A DNA stretch of 63,159 bases, filler included, from Craspedostauros australis (GCA_030167865.1; 12 parts of 12 records of this genome joined end to end with filler, not necessarily neighbours in it), one strand, 5' to 3'. Counted from the whole stretch's first letter, positions 13,291 through 25,954 are shown. Numbers and translations: made by a program. Notes: generated by a model not told the origin, from the letters alone.

Positions 13291-15805
13291 CTGGAGAACG
13301 CAGAAACGCACGGATGAATGAAGGATAGATGAAGGATAGGTGAAGCATGGAATATATCTGCAGATGATGGAATATTGTAATAGTACTCGTATGGCACCAT
13401 ACACACCCATTCAGTTTCATGGTGGGCTCCGAGTATCCTCGTCAAAGTATGAAGAGGCATTATACAATATTGTGCTATTTCTGGTTTGGACGATATGGTT
13501 ACTTTCATTCGATCGACATGCATACGTCGACTGGCGGGCTATTCCAACCATCGGTGCCGGATGGTTGCTCTTGGTGCGCGTTGACTTGCAGCTAAATGGA
13601 TGAAGCGGATCGGCCAACTCCCTGCGTGCGAGCATCGCTCTGCGGTATTACATCCAGCGACTTCGTGCTCGGCAGCCAACATCGAAATTGCTGTGCCGCA
13701 GTGAGCACACCCACATCAAATCACTGTCAAGAATGAGCGAGTGCTGGACTGGACTGCGCGGTCGCTCTTTATGACTGCTGTGTTCACTCATGCAGCAACC
13801 ACGGCTTGGACAGCTTTCGGGCTGGGGCGTGCGTGTGGACCGACTTGAACTTGTCAGCGTCCTCGTAGTCGCGGAACGTTCTCCAGTCCTTCGGATCGGC
13901 GGATTCGTTCGCACCGTCAAAGGTNNNNNNNNNNNNNNNNNNNNNNNNNNNNNNNNNNNNNNNNNNNNTTAATTAATTAANNNNNNNNNNNNNNNNNNNN
14001 NNNNNNNNNNNNNNNNNNNNNNNNTCGGATACCTTTGAGTCGATCGATTCGTGTCTTGGATACCAGTTGAGTCCCGTATGTGATTCTCGGATACCATATT
14101 ATCCCACACAATGCCCTCCTCCTCCTCTTCGTCTTCTTCATCAATGAATCATTGCCTGTATCTGTACCATGATTGATCTGATTCAAACACTCTGAGTGCT
14201 ATTCTCTTCAGATCTTGTTGATTGCAAACCTCTTCGATTCCCTTTTTGACCATCAGCACCAGCATCACCACTGCACCACTACAGCAATGCACTGGAGAAC
14301 TAACCTGCTTTAACAATGACAAGGAATCCAACAGCGAATTCCAACTGACAACAGCTGCAACCACTTGATTGCAACTTCAACAGAATGCTGAGTGTTGTGA
14401 TCTATGATGTAATACATTTCAAAGCAACAACAGTTTGAAAGTGGAGTGGAAGAGGCAGTGGGTCTGCCCTCAACACACTGAACCATGAGGATCAGTGCAG
14501 AGCTGTGACAGTCATGCCAATAGAGCCCAAACATAGTGGCTGTGGTCTTCATGGTAGTTATTGTTGCTCATAGCAGAGGCTTCATTTCAAGCTGTCTGAA
14601 CTTGAGTTCTTCTGTTCAGAAGTAGTTGATTGAGAGTACTAATGATGGTGAAGAAATGTGCAGATTGTGAGTGTTGCTGCTATGGTTCTTGCTGGTGTGG
14701 TACTCTGTGTGAGTTTCCCTCCAAGAAGGACTGCAGGGTCATGTAGCGCCAGTACCACAGGTGGTTCCATTCATCGGGGGTGGAAATTCGAAGGAGGTCT
14801 GCGGTGCAGGCTCCTGTATCTTGCTGTTCCTTGTGGCCATTTGCTGTGTATGGGCATCGAGTTTCCCGTAGAAAGGGTTCCAATGAGCCAGTCACTAGAA
14901 TCCTATCGATCCTGGGTCCCAAAGATCTCTTCAATGGTTCATGCCGGCTCCAAACGTGGATACGTCTGGGACGTGGTTCGGACCAATTCGTGGGAAACTG
15001 GGTCATGAGTGCCAGGAAAGTCTCCCCCATACTACTACCGATGCTAGTTTAGCTCCATTCAAACACGACCAATGAGAATACTAGTTTGATGTGATACAAG
15101 AGTACGAACATGATGGCAGTACGAATGGAGGGCTCCAGTCACATCAAGACGTCAACCAGTCGAGCTCGGGATCGGTGCTTCAGGCAAGCTCCGCACACTC
15201 CACAAGGTGATTCTCGTTCTCTGGCCCTCGCTCACTCACATTCGGTGCTTCCTTCTCTCTTGGCATGATTCTCTCGTTTTCGGAATAAGTTGGGACAGAA
15301 GGATCCACTTCAAGAGTAGCTCGTACGTATCCATGAGCCTTCATGCTTCGCCCTCTACTTCGCATCCCAATAGACACACACAAACACACTCTATCGCACA
15401 CACTCTATCGAGCAAATGGGTGAAGGTCAACAACGAAAGTGTACATGTATATTTAGTGTCGCATACTCTGCTATGGTCAAGTAATTAGTGTTGTAATGTT
15501 GTTTATGTATGTGTTGTACGCTGCAAGGTGCTTGCTATGTTCTGGTCGAAGAATAGAGACCTTCCGAGGCAGGTGGTGGTGATGGTGATAGACGCGCAAG
15601 TAGCACCTCCATGCACCATCCGTACCATCCACTCGTTTCGGTTATCAATCCATTCATCAATAGCAAGTGTGCGATGAGCATGATCAGGGAGACCATCAAG
15701 GTCAAGCTGGGTGATCAACCATCAGAGCACTATCCTCTCAACGACTGAGCATTCAAGATGATGTTCCATTTGAGCCATTGCTGGACGTCTCTTCCTGCAC
15801 ACTCC

Positions 15806-17005
15806 TTAACCGTGAACACCTCGAGAGCAGGCAGCTCGGTTTGGTCCTGGGCAGTCCTGCCTTGGATTATTGATGGTATAGGTAGACCTGGCGCGTCGGG
15901 AACACATATCCGTCCTGACACAGTCTTGACAGCTGTTCGTGCTATCGCAGGTACCTGAAGCAATGACAAGGTCATCAACGGCAGCGTCACTGTAGGCGAC
16001 ACCATTGCAGCTGTTTGTCCGCGCGCATGCACCATCCCCAATGAGAAGACTTCCATCCTTCTTGGAATCACCTCTGTGGGCATTTCTGCACGCAGTTCTT
16101 CCTTGGCATGCGTTTTTCCCGATGATGATGTCGGCGATGACGAGCGAGCGCACGCTCTGTCCCTGGATGCGACGACGTCCGAGATCCATGCAACTGCCCG
16201 ACCCACTGCATGCTCCGTCGTGAACTCGGATAGAACCGTAGATGTTCTTTCCAAGATTCAGACAGCTGCCAGGAGCGGTGCATGCATTTGGTCCAATAAT
16301 CTTGTTACCAATGACAGCTCTACTGTTCGGGCGAACTGGGTGGAACTTTCCAAAGTTGCTGCAGGAGTTCTGCCCAGTGCAGCTATCGAAGATCATGATG
16401 TTGGGAGCAACGTTGGTGCAAGAGCCATCAAACGTGCAGGAGTCTGGGGTGATGGTGAATGTCCCACCGGTGCGTGAGCAACCTCCGGATGGACAGCAAC
16501 GGTATCCTCTGGCACTGCATGCTGTGGTGAGTGCGTCGCCTCGTCCGGTCATGATGATCCCGTCGCGTCGGACAGCCTTCAAGATGGCGGCGGTAGCGTC
16601 GTCATCATTCTTCACACGGTCGAAGAGCATTTGGGAGATGTGTTGCATTTTTTCCCGGTTATTTGCGTTGCACGCAAAGATGCTCTTGACGAGCCTGTCC
16701 TTTTTGCCTGGGAGTTTCTTGATGGCCTTCACAAAGTCGGCACATGTACCATCGACCTCGTCGCAAAACACTTTGGACGCAGGGCTTGTCTTGTCGAAGT
16801 TGCTGTTGACATCTCCCGGCGTTCGGAGGCAGCCGACGACCATGGAAGGCGGAACAGGAGTCTCAGTCGGCTCCTCTGATGGCATCGACGACGGCATCGA
16901 CGTTGGCGGAGCGAACACCGAATCTTCAGCTGGATCCAAAGCCAGTGTCATTGCCATGTTGGCAAAGACGAGAGCGCCGATAATAGTCGCCTTGATTTTG
17001 ATCAT
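15806..17005 (-). CDS. Secreted cysteine-rich repeat protein, 399 aa
   Basis: Signal peptide (ATIIGALVFANMAMTLA), PTSMPSSMPSEEPT spacer, and about 7 repeats of (I/V)xxx(A/S)CxxxxSC. Confidence 0.8.
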   Translation of the reverse strand: MIKIKATIIGALVFANMAMTLALDPAEDSVFAPPTSMPSSMPSEEPTETPVPPSMVVGCLRTPGDVNSNFDKTSPASKVFCDEVDGTCADFVKAIKKLPGKKDRLVKSIFACNANNREKMQHISQMLFDRVKNDDDATAAILKAVRRDGIIMTGRGDALTTACSARGYRCCPSGGCSRTGGTFTITPDSCTFDGSCTNVAPNIMIFDSCTGQNSCSNFGKFHPVRPNSRAVIGNKIIGPNACTAPGSCLNLGKNIYGSIRVHDGACSGSGSCMDLGRRRIQGQSVRSLVIADIIIGKNACQGRTACRNAHRGDSKKDGSLLIGDGACARTNSCNGVAYSDAAVDDLVIASGTCDSTNSCQDCVRTDMCSRRARSTYTINNPRQDCPGPNRAACSRGVHG

Positions 17006-19136
17006 GGTTGCTATCGGTTGGTTTGTCAGTGTGCGTCGTTATCTGCATGAAACGAAACAGTACGCATGCAGATGCAGATGCAGATGGGTCGCAGACATGT
17101 TGTACCATGCAAAGAATAGGTGGACACGAGCCACATCATTGGCCGCAGCCAGATCAGACAGGAGTCAAGATGCAATCCGTCCAGCGATTTGTTTGTTGAG
17201 AGAAGCGTCGTGGTTTGGGATGGACGAACAAGTGGACAATGCGATGAGCGTGTGATGAGCGAGTATGTGAGAATGAGGGAGAACGAGAACGAAATCTGCT
17301 GTTGTCGAACGTGGTGGTAAAGTGGAATGGCATGGCATGCCTTTGCCACATTGTGACACCGGTGGACCACCATGAGAACAGCTCGCAGGTAGAGCAGAGG
17401 ACGATTCCGAGAGTGTGTAGGTGACTGGCAAGCTGGACCCGGAAACGACTCTTCAAGTCAGTCACAATGGCGCGTTGGCATCTGCTGCCCTGTGCCATGG
17501 TGTTGACAATGGCCGCTGCCATGATGCACACAAATGAACGTACCGTTGACTTCGTTCTGTTTCGGTTTTCGATCAGTTGGTGTTGTGTTTCGAGATGGCT
17601 GTGGTTGTGTTTTGCTTGCACTTAGGTGTTGTACGACTTCTATAAGTTATCGTTGCTGTCGCTGTTGGTGTTGTGAGACAGTTGCTGTTGTGAGATTGTT
17701 GTTTTTATGAGATGTGAAAAGGGAGGCAAGATCGTTCAAAGTGAGTATGGGTACTTTCATGCGGAGAAGTATGGTATGGTGCACAGGAAGAGGACGATGG
17801 CTCTGCACAACACGTCCTTGATAGGCGACATGCCTCCCATCCATGTTGGTTGCTGAGAGGTAGCAATCTTCAGTGGTCCCTTGAGGGTTCTACAAGGTGG
17901 AAGTGTGTCCAATTGTTTGGCGCACAACATCCAAGAAGGAGAAAGCGCGCTCTTGATAATTCTGACTGTTTTCTTCCAAATGAGAAACACGGAAAAATGC
18001 ATGCGATCTTCGGGGCGACCCAACAGGAGACGTTTTTGGTGTTCCACTCCAAACACAGTTCGGCCGCCGATGCTGCACATAACACACAAGGAGGAGCGGA
18101 TACTTATGCGGCTCGATGCCACCACAGAGTCCGAAGTATAATAGAACGAAAAGGATCTCTCCCACAAAACACTTCTGCAAATCGTGGCGTATCGCACTCA
18201 TACTCGTAGTCAAGGTATACAACCACGAATGGTGAACCACACCATTCACTCTCTTCCGCAATGCCTTTGTTCGCAGCAGTATCTTATAAGCAAGAACAAG
18301 GACAAGAGCAAGAATAATAGTCGTACGAGAGGCTAAGAGTGGAAGGCAATGCCAGGTGTTTCCTTGTGAAAGGAGTATGACTGTTTGACCTAGACTGATA
18401 ACTAGCTAGAATATCCTAGTCTCCCAATTGAGTCCAGTCATGTATCTACTGTTGCCAGCACTGGATCAAGTCCNNNNNNNNNNNNNNNNNNNNNNNNNNN
18501 NNNNNNNNNNNNNNNNNNNNNNNNNNNNNNNNNNNNNNNNNNNNNNNNNNNNNNNNNNNNNNNNNNNNNACCAAACTTGATGCCAAAACATGGAAGCAAG
18601 TAAATGAGCGACCAGGTGGCGCAGGTTTGGAATTCAGGCGTGGTTCTTGGAACAGGCACGGAGTAAGCAGAGACGGCATGGCAGAGTGCGCTACTTGTGG
18701 AGTAACGCAAAGTAGAGCAGNNNNNNNNNNNNNNNNNNNNNNNNNNNNNNNNNNNNNNNNNNNNTTAATTAATTAANNNNNNNNNNNNNNNNNNNNNNNN
18801 NNNNNNNNNNNNNNNNNNNNTATTTCTCCCATCTTGGAACCCACGAGCATCACGTTACACCAGTACAACTGGTATGTTGCAATTCTTCCATCTACAGATA
18901 ACAGTGGATTCATTGTTGTTGGGAAGGTCGAGAGGGCGGTGTAGGCCTGCCCTCCATGACAGTAGGGATGGGATGTGATGGTGTTGGAACACTGCTATTT
19001 GGCTTTTGTATGGTTGATTCTGTCTTGGTTCGTGTCAATGCCACCCCTCAAGCACAGAGATGTAGAGCTTTGGGTTGTTTGGNNNNNNNNNNNNNNNNNN
19101 NNNNNNNNNNNNNNNNNCAATCTTGCAACATTCATC

Positions 19137-20381
19137 ATGCCACGAAAGAAGGAAAAGAATCCACGCTTCATGAAGAAGGGCGAGGATGCCAGGCAGCTCA
19201 TCTACGAGCTTTCAAAGGACAGCACTCTCTGGTTTTGGGAACCAGGCAGACTGCAGGAGCATTTCGCATTTCTGACAAAATACCCATGCAAGAACTTTGC
19301 TGCAGGATGGAAGGAGATTAAGTCACAGCTGCTACAAAATCAGGTCTTTTTTGGTAAGTTGGAGTGCAATGATGGTGTTGGTCTCTCCGGTGATGTTCAT
19401 GTGTGTGTGGTGCATCACTTCTCAAATTTTTTTTTGTTTCCTCACTCCCCTCTCATGAATACCAATCACTCCTTGTTGTGCGCAGACAACGGAGAACTCA
19501 ATCCCGACGTCGACAGCAATTTTCACTTCGACGTGCGCCCATTGGATGCACCAGATGGGCTCTATAACGCCATGCTGTCCAAGACTCCCAACAACGAACA
19601 ATCTCCTCCCACACTCCCAAACACGGCCACTGCCACCTCCAAGGTAGCAGCCAGACCCACATCACGAAAGAACAGCCCCAATTGTGCTTTGTGTACTGCT
19701 GAACGACAAATGGATGATGGTTTGGAATCATTGAGTCCAGACAGTTCGAAGAGTTCGCGGAGTTCGCAGTCTGAGAGTGATGATGATGTCTACCACGGTG
19801 AAATTGAGGATGTCACTGCCAATTACACAGAGAATCGCTGCAGTTCACCCACATCACTGATGATTCGAGACCCGCTAAAAGAACGCTTCTCGCAGTTCTT
19901 CGCGATGTCCGAGAAGGACAAGGTGAAAGAGTTTTGCGCTTTCCCCAAGACCATCGAGGTGTTCCATACATCGCAAATTTGGACGCCAGTGGGACAAGCN
20001 NNNNNNNNNNNNNNNNNNNNNNNNNNNNNNNNNNNNNNNNNNNNNNNNNNNNNNNNNNNNNNNNNNNNNNNNNNNNNNNNNNNNNNNNNNNNNNNNNNNN
20101 NNNNNNNNNNNNNNNNNNNNNNNNNNNNNNNNNNNNNNNNNNNNNNNNNNNNNNNNNNNNNNNNNNNNNNNNNNNNNNNNNNNNNNNNNNNNNNNNNNNN
20201 NNNNNNNNNNNNNNNNNNNNNNNNNNNNNNNNNNNNNNNCGAGCCCTTCACAGCAGACCGACGGTGCAAAATGTTTGTGCCAATGCCGTTCCCAATCGAT
20301 ACTTGGTTCTGTGGCACTCCTTGTCGCACTGTCAAAGGGGCTGCAATCCTGCGCCACACTGTGAAAGATAACAGTGACCGC
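19137..20381 (+). CDS. Hypothetical protein, partial and gapped; probable intron 19354-19485
   Basis: MPRKKEKNP start. GTAAGT...CGCAG brackets a 132-nt pyrimidine-rich segment. The ORF runs into N gaps. Confidence 0.45.
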
Positions 20382-20483
20382 NNNNNNNNNNNNNNNNNNN
20401 NNNNNNNNNNNNNNNNNNNNNNNNNTTAATTAATTAANNNNNNNNNNNNNNNNNNNNNNNNNNNNNNNNNNNNNNNNNNNNTT

Positions 20484-20783
20484 GTGGATCCTGAAAACGG
20501 GTACGCCAAGGTTGGCGAGGATGACGATCCCATCACTCTTCTTCATTTTCAAGCAGACCCTGATCGTGTTGTGAAGGTCTTCGAGGATGATTCTGATGAC
20601 GATGACATGCCCATTTTCTATGTCATGTATGCATTTGCTCTTTGTGTCCGCGATACCAAGAAGGTGAAGGCGACGCCAATTGCGAAGAAAAAGGTGCGAC
20701 GTGCTCGACGTGCTGCAGCGCACAAGCAGAAGGACATNACCAAGGATGACATGTCCATCCATCCCAATGAAGCCACATCCTAG
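20484..20783 (+). CDS. 3' fragment of a hypothetical protein at the contig start
   Basis: Open frame with acidic then basic tail. No recognisable motif. Confidence 0.3.
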   Translation: MDPENGYAKVGEDDDPITLLHFQADPDRVVKVFEDDSDDDDMPIFYVMYAFALCVRDTKKVKATPIAKKKVRRARRAAAHKQKDXTKDDMSIHPNEATS

Positions 20784-21147
20784 TGCAAACAGTGCACAAT
20801 CGCATCTTGCACCAACATCAACACCAAACATAACAGTAGTAGTAGTTCTCAACAACAATCAGTTTTGTGAGATCGAGACAGCTGATTTGTGTTGTGTTAC
20901 GAAACATTCGAGATTGTTCGATCCGATTCTGAGATGTTGAATCACGGGTGGAGATATGTCACGGATGTCAATTTCCCTCAACTCCCTGTCGACGTGTTTC
21001 TGAGTCGTTTTGCTTGTGTTTTTGTTCTTGGGTGCTGATTTTGTTCCTCGTTCTTGTTGCTGTTCTCGTTGCTGTCGTGGTTGCTTCTGTTGATGTGGTT
21101 GTGATGTTGTACTGCTCATAAAATCAAAACGACAACAACCAACAGAT

Positions 21148-21148
21148 C

Positions 21149-21192
<44 letters not shown>
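21148..21192. repeat. (CAA)n microsatellite upstream of the kinase
   Basis: Directly visible. Confidence 0.9.
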
Positions 21193-21273
21193 CCCAACAA
21201 TACAAACAAAGAAGCAACCATCACAGCAACTACACTAGCAACAGTTACAACAGCAACCACCACCACCAACACA

Positions 21274-22521
21274 ATGATCAACGACAACAACAACAACAAC
21301 GAAGGCGGTAATGCTGCTGTCGCCATCCACGAGAACAGCATTGGGAACAGTTCGGAAGGCTCCACGATCGAGGTCGGCAACTTCATCGGCCATGACAGCT
21401 TCGATTCCCGAAAGCTGTCAAGCGCCAAAGCAACGAAAGTCGCGAACTACTGCGTGAAGAAGTTCGACAACTTCATCCAGTCAGAGGATTACCAATCTCT
21501 GCAGCGATCGCCACTCACAAAGAAGCGCACAATGAAGAGACTGAGACACTCGCAGATCGAGATCGGTGAATTGCTCGGTGAGGGCGGCTTCAGCACGGTC
21601 TACGAAGTGCGCAAGTGCCTCAACGAGGAAATCGATGTCGACTCCGATCGCTGCGTCGTCAAGATGCTTCGAAAGAAGGCGCTGCAGAACCCGCCAATGC
21701 TCGCTGCCTGCGCCTTGGGCCTTGCCAAGGAAGGTCAGCTGCTCTCCATGCTGGAGCACCCGCACATCCTGACAGTCCGCGGCACGGCCACTGGCGGCCT
21801 CGCGAGCTACGCATCCGGACGCAACGACTGCTTCTTCCTCATTCTGGATCGTCTCAGCGAGACCCTGACAGATCGCCTCATCAATTGGTCCTACCGCCCC
21901 GAGCACGCTTCCAGATTCAGCCTCTTCCCAAAGCTCCGCAAGCAGCAGAAGGCATGCTTCACCGACCGCCTCGTCATTGCATCGCAGCTCGCCGACGCCG
22001 TTGCTCACATGCACAAGCACAATATCATGCACCGCGACCTGAAGCCAGATAACATCGGCTTCGATGTCGACGGATCATTGAAGGTGTTTGACCTGGACGT
22101 CGCCCGCGTCACACCGGAGGGCAAGACGGAGGACGAGACCTTCAAGCTCACCCAGAAGATTGGCACGCGCCGCTACATGAGCCCGGAGATCGGCCTGTCC
22201 AAGAAGTACAACCTCAAGTCCGACACCTACAGCTTCGCGATCATCCTGTGGCAGATCATGGCGCTGAAGCTCCCATTCTCGCAGTACTTCGACAAGCAGG
22301 CGCACACCACGCACGTGTTCGCGCAGGGAGAGCGACCCAAGCTCCAGAAAGCGTGGCCAACGGACCTTCAGACGCTGCTGTCGGACTCTTGGTCGAAGCA
22401 CATCTCAAGACGACCAACCATGCAGCAGGTCCACATCGAGCTGCAGCGCGAAATCAACGTCCTCACAACCAAATGGAGCACACCAGTCGCACCCACGGCC
22501 GCTCCTGTTGCTGACCAGTAA
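21274..22521 (+). CDS. Protein kinase (TKL-like), 415 aa
   Basis: GEGGFS, VVK, HPHI, HRDLKPDN, DLD at the DFG position, GTRRYMSPE, SDTYSF and RRPT. Confidence 0.93.
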   Translation: MINDNNNNNEGGNAAVAIHENSIGNSSEGSTIEVGNFIGHDSFDSRKLSSAKATKVANYCVKKFDNFIQSEDYQSLQRSPLTKKRTMKRLRHSQIEIGELLGEGGFSTVYEVRKCLNEEIDVDSDRCVVKMLRKKALQNPPMLAACALGLAKEGQLLSMLEHPHILTVRGTATGGLASYASGRNDCFFLILDRLSETLTDRLINWSYRPEHASRFSLFPKLRKQQKACFTDRLVIASQLADAVAHMHKHNIMHRDLKPDNIGFDVDGSLKVFDLDVARVTPEGKTEDETFKLTQKIGTRRYMSPEIGLSKKYNLKSDTYSFAIILWQIMALKLPFSQYFDKQAHTTHVFAQGERPKLQKAWPTDLQTLLSDSWSKHISRRPTMQQVHIELQREINVLTTKWSTPVAPTAAPVADQ

Positions 22522-22687
22522 AGACAAGTCAATGCAGCAGACAAAAGAAAGCGGGGTTCGTGGCCACTCGCACACACATGTACACACACGCACATGTACA
22601 CACACGCACATGTACACACACGCACATGTTCATTCACACACACGCATACATACGACCTCCAGGTCGCAGTTGATGCACTCACGATAA

Positions 22688-22938
22688 CACTAGTTGTGGA
22701 GTGTTTTTTGAGTTTTACTCGTGATGAGTCGTGATAAAGTAGACTAAATTAGAGCACACCCAAAACCATCCAAACAACTGCTTATGATGTTATATCTCAA
22801 CAACGCACCATTTAAAATTAAAACTAGACAGTTCATTCGGACGCTTGGCTATCGTTTATTCTGAATATCTTAGTTAAATTTGTATGAACTTTATTTTTAA
22901 TGTCGTTTTGGCTTGCTGTCTGTCAGGTGGTGGGTGCA
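22688..22938 (+). mobile_element. End of a DNA transposon, CACTA/EnSpm-like
   Basis: Begins CACTAGTTGTGGAG, is AT-rich, and matches the reverse complement of 32350-32599. Confidence 0.6.
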
Positions 22939-23180
22939 NNNNNNNNNNNNNNNNNNNNNNNNNNNNNNNNNNNNNNNNNNNNTTAATTAATTAANNNNNN
23001 NNNNNNNNNNNNNNNNNNNNNNNNNNNNNNNNNNNNNNGATGGCGAGTGCTTGGCTGCGTGTTGATGTTCATCATGTTGTCATTGTTTTGGAACAGTGAT
23101 TCATTGCGTTCCGTTGCAGTGGATGACGTTGAGTCTTGACACGATTTTCTGAGTCTTGTTTTCCTCATTCAGTCTTGGTC

Positions 23181-23340
23181 CAGCATTAGTTTCATTGAGA
23201 CGTCATTAGTTTCATTGAGACATCATTAGTTTCATTGAAACATCATTAGTTTCATTGAAACGTCATTAGTTTCATTGAATCGTTATTAGTTTCATTGAAT
23301 CGCTGTTAGTTTCATTGAATCGCTGTTAGTTTCATTGAAT
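23181..23340. repeat. 20-bp tandem repeat (c..cattagtttcattga..) x8
   Basis: Eight units with invariant core ttagtttcattga and no spacers. Confidence 0.92.
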
Positions 23341-23753
23341 CAGTTGACTGTAGTTGGAGTTCGCTTTTTAAAATATTGGCGTTAAAGGCGTTATCCTCAA
23401 ACCAATGAAAACAATCGATTGAGTCGAGCAGCAATATCGATTCAGCTGTTCGCGACAAATGGTCGTAGTAGTCGAAGACGCTCGAAGTTGTGTTTCAACG
23501 TTTTTCCCGTGCCTTGCAGTGTCTATGCACGAAGCGTTCCGCCTTGTTGATAAATAATCCATTTATGGGGTATGTCCTTAGGGTTCTGAATTCCTTATGT
23601 GGCCTTGTTTGCAGCGGAAATTGCCTGTGCCAGAAGGTTCCAGTTAAACAATGAGAGAAGCCACCACACTGGAGGACCATGTTGGTCTGGCATGCGATCT
23701 TGCCACCTACACGTGGAGGCCAGCGTGCGCTGTTGATGCGAACCCAAAAGAAG

Positions 23754-23785
23754 TGACAAATTTGGCACATGTGCCAAATTTGTCA
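23754..23785. repeat. Perfect 32-bp palindrome
   Basis: tgacaaatttggcaca|tgtgccaaatttgtca. Confidence 0.95.
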
Positions 23786-23803
23786 GCAAAAAACTCATTA
23801 GGG

Positions 23804-25266
23804 ATATCGACCAACAACGACAGCATCATTTCCATCCACAGTGGCACGCTCACCGGTAGGCTGCTGCGAACGCAGGCGGAGGTGCTCACACTCCAAGTAG
23901 GAATGCCCAAGGTGATGGAATTGGACTACGACAGATGGAGTCTGCTTGCAGAAGAGTCCTGGATGAAGTCTGTCTGGGAAGAAGCTCAATCAGCGGGAAT
24001 TCGCATTCAATACAAGGATCCCATCGTCACACCTCCGCGTCAGCATGATACCCCAGTAATGGCCCTCGTGATGAAACTGGGTCTACCCAAGGCAATGGTG
24101 CGGGCAGTGAACCTGTGCTGGCAGAAGAAGCAGGTGTTTTGGCTTTCGGATATCTCCAATGCCACAGGCGACGCCCTGGTCTCCAATGCACTCGATCCAG
24201 GGCCGTCGGCCCTCCGACAATCAGTCATGGCATGGCCAGCGATGGGGGACATCAGCTCAGCAAAGTGGCGGCAATGGAAGCAGGTGATCAGCCAATGTTT
24301 TCCCGCGTCAAGAACGCGTACCATCGCGCTGGAGCGGCCCTTAGGAAGCTGGATAAAGTTCTCTTCGATGAGGCCTCTGGTTTTCCGATGCGCTCGTGAA
24401 GATCGGCTGTCTTACTCTCTACAACCCAATCATCATTGCCGCAGAGTGCCACGGCGTAGACGACAACAACTATACGAGAGATCTGAAGGAGGGATCATCC
24501 CAGGCCAAGAGGTGGTCGATGGATACCTACATCAAGGAAGAATCGTGGCCACAGACTCGGGTCCAGGGTCACCACCGCACACCAGTCCAGTGGTAGAGTT
24601 TGACGCCCTCATTCGCAGCATGCCGCTATCCAAGTCCTGGTTGATACGTGTTCACGACGTCATGGGGGAAGTGGGTACTATCGCCTGCTCCTTGAGAGAA
24701 GGCACCCTCACAGCATGTAGCGACGGATCTGTTGCAGACGGCCGAGGAGCCGCGGGTGCAGTCATTCATGCCAGTCACCGGAACAAAGTGGCGCGGCTTT
24801 GGCTCGCCAATAGGACTCCAGCCACCAACGAGGTTTTGCAGTCCCATCGGGCGGAACTCGCTGGGATCTACGGAGTGCTTGTCATCGTCGAGGCCATCTG
24901 CGATGCCTATCAAGTGGCAAGAGGCGCGATGACTCTGGGATGCGACAATGTCAGTGCGCTTAAGGCGCTGGATGGCGAGTGGCATCTGTCCCCGAGATCC
25001 ACAGATGCAGACCTGCAAAGAACAGTTCGAAACCTCAGTCAAAGCCTCCCGATTGAAGTGAGAGGGAAACTTGTCAAAGGGCACCAGAACGAGGCAACGG
25101 ATTGGGCGAGCCTCGAAGAGTGGGCAAGACTCAATGTCGAAGCCGAAAAGCTTGCAGGTTCGGCGTGCACATCACTTCCAGAGGAGTGCGTCTACAGCGG
25201 CGCTATCCATGGAGAAGGTGTGTCCATTCATGGCCGGTCAAAGTTGACGTCGATCAGATATAACAG
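23804..25266 (+). mobile_element. Non-LTR retrotransposon (LINE) fragment: post-RT region plus RNase H, truncated by LTR insertion
   Basis: RNase H motifs SDGS, SHRAELAG, CDNVSAL, VKGHQ and NVEAEKLA. Upstream WMKSVW and FWLSDI are LINE-like. The ORF (23651-25282) ends by reading into the LTR. Confidence 0.75.
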
Positions 25267-25954
25267 AGTTGAGATTCAATAAGGGACAGACTATTACCGA
25301 ACACGGTATCAACCCCGATGGGAGAAATTCTTGTTTTGGCACGAAATCTTCCGACTTGATCGACCACCAAACCTTTTTCTCCTCCTTTCTCTCCTCCATT
25401 CACGAGTCCATCATGACTCAAGCATGACTGACCTGACTCACACCGTACCTTGGGAACTATATGCTCCTCATACCCTTCGACTACAACACTCCTCGATTCC
25501 CTCCATGCTGATGACTACTGCAATACTGCCGTAGTCTTGACGTGTGTATCCAACCTGCTTCAACTTGAGCAATGGAATCCGAGGGTGAGCTCCAGCCACA
25601 GCCATTGCTTCATGTCCAACAACTGCTGAACGTCATGACCTACACTGCAGTGTACCTACGTGTATGAAGAGCAAAGCACTGTAATGATCGTCTACCCTCA
25701 AGCACTGAACCAAGCATATCACTGCAGGGTCTCGCCAAGTTGTGTGGCATCGTTTCTTCATCCTACTAACACTACAAGCTAACACATAATAAACAGACAA
25801 GGATTAGCTACAAGGCACTCTTCTACTCATCGTTACAGTAACAACTCTTCAACCAATACACCTCTCTTGAACTGCATCACACGGCTATCCCGAAGCCAGC
25901 AGATCCAAGAGGCATTCTCCACCGATTCGCGCCGTCTACGCTCGAATCCTAACT
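25267..25954 (+). mobile_element. 5' LTR of a Ty1/copia element (AGTT...AACT ends)
   Basis: Left edge is fixed by the second copy at 1-463. Right edge is inferred from the adjoining PBS. Confidence 0.75.

Noticed and set aside
23181..23340. CRISPR-like array (also 13212-13290)
   Set aside because: Units are contiguous with no unique spacers, there are no cas genes, and the context is eukaryotic.
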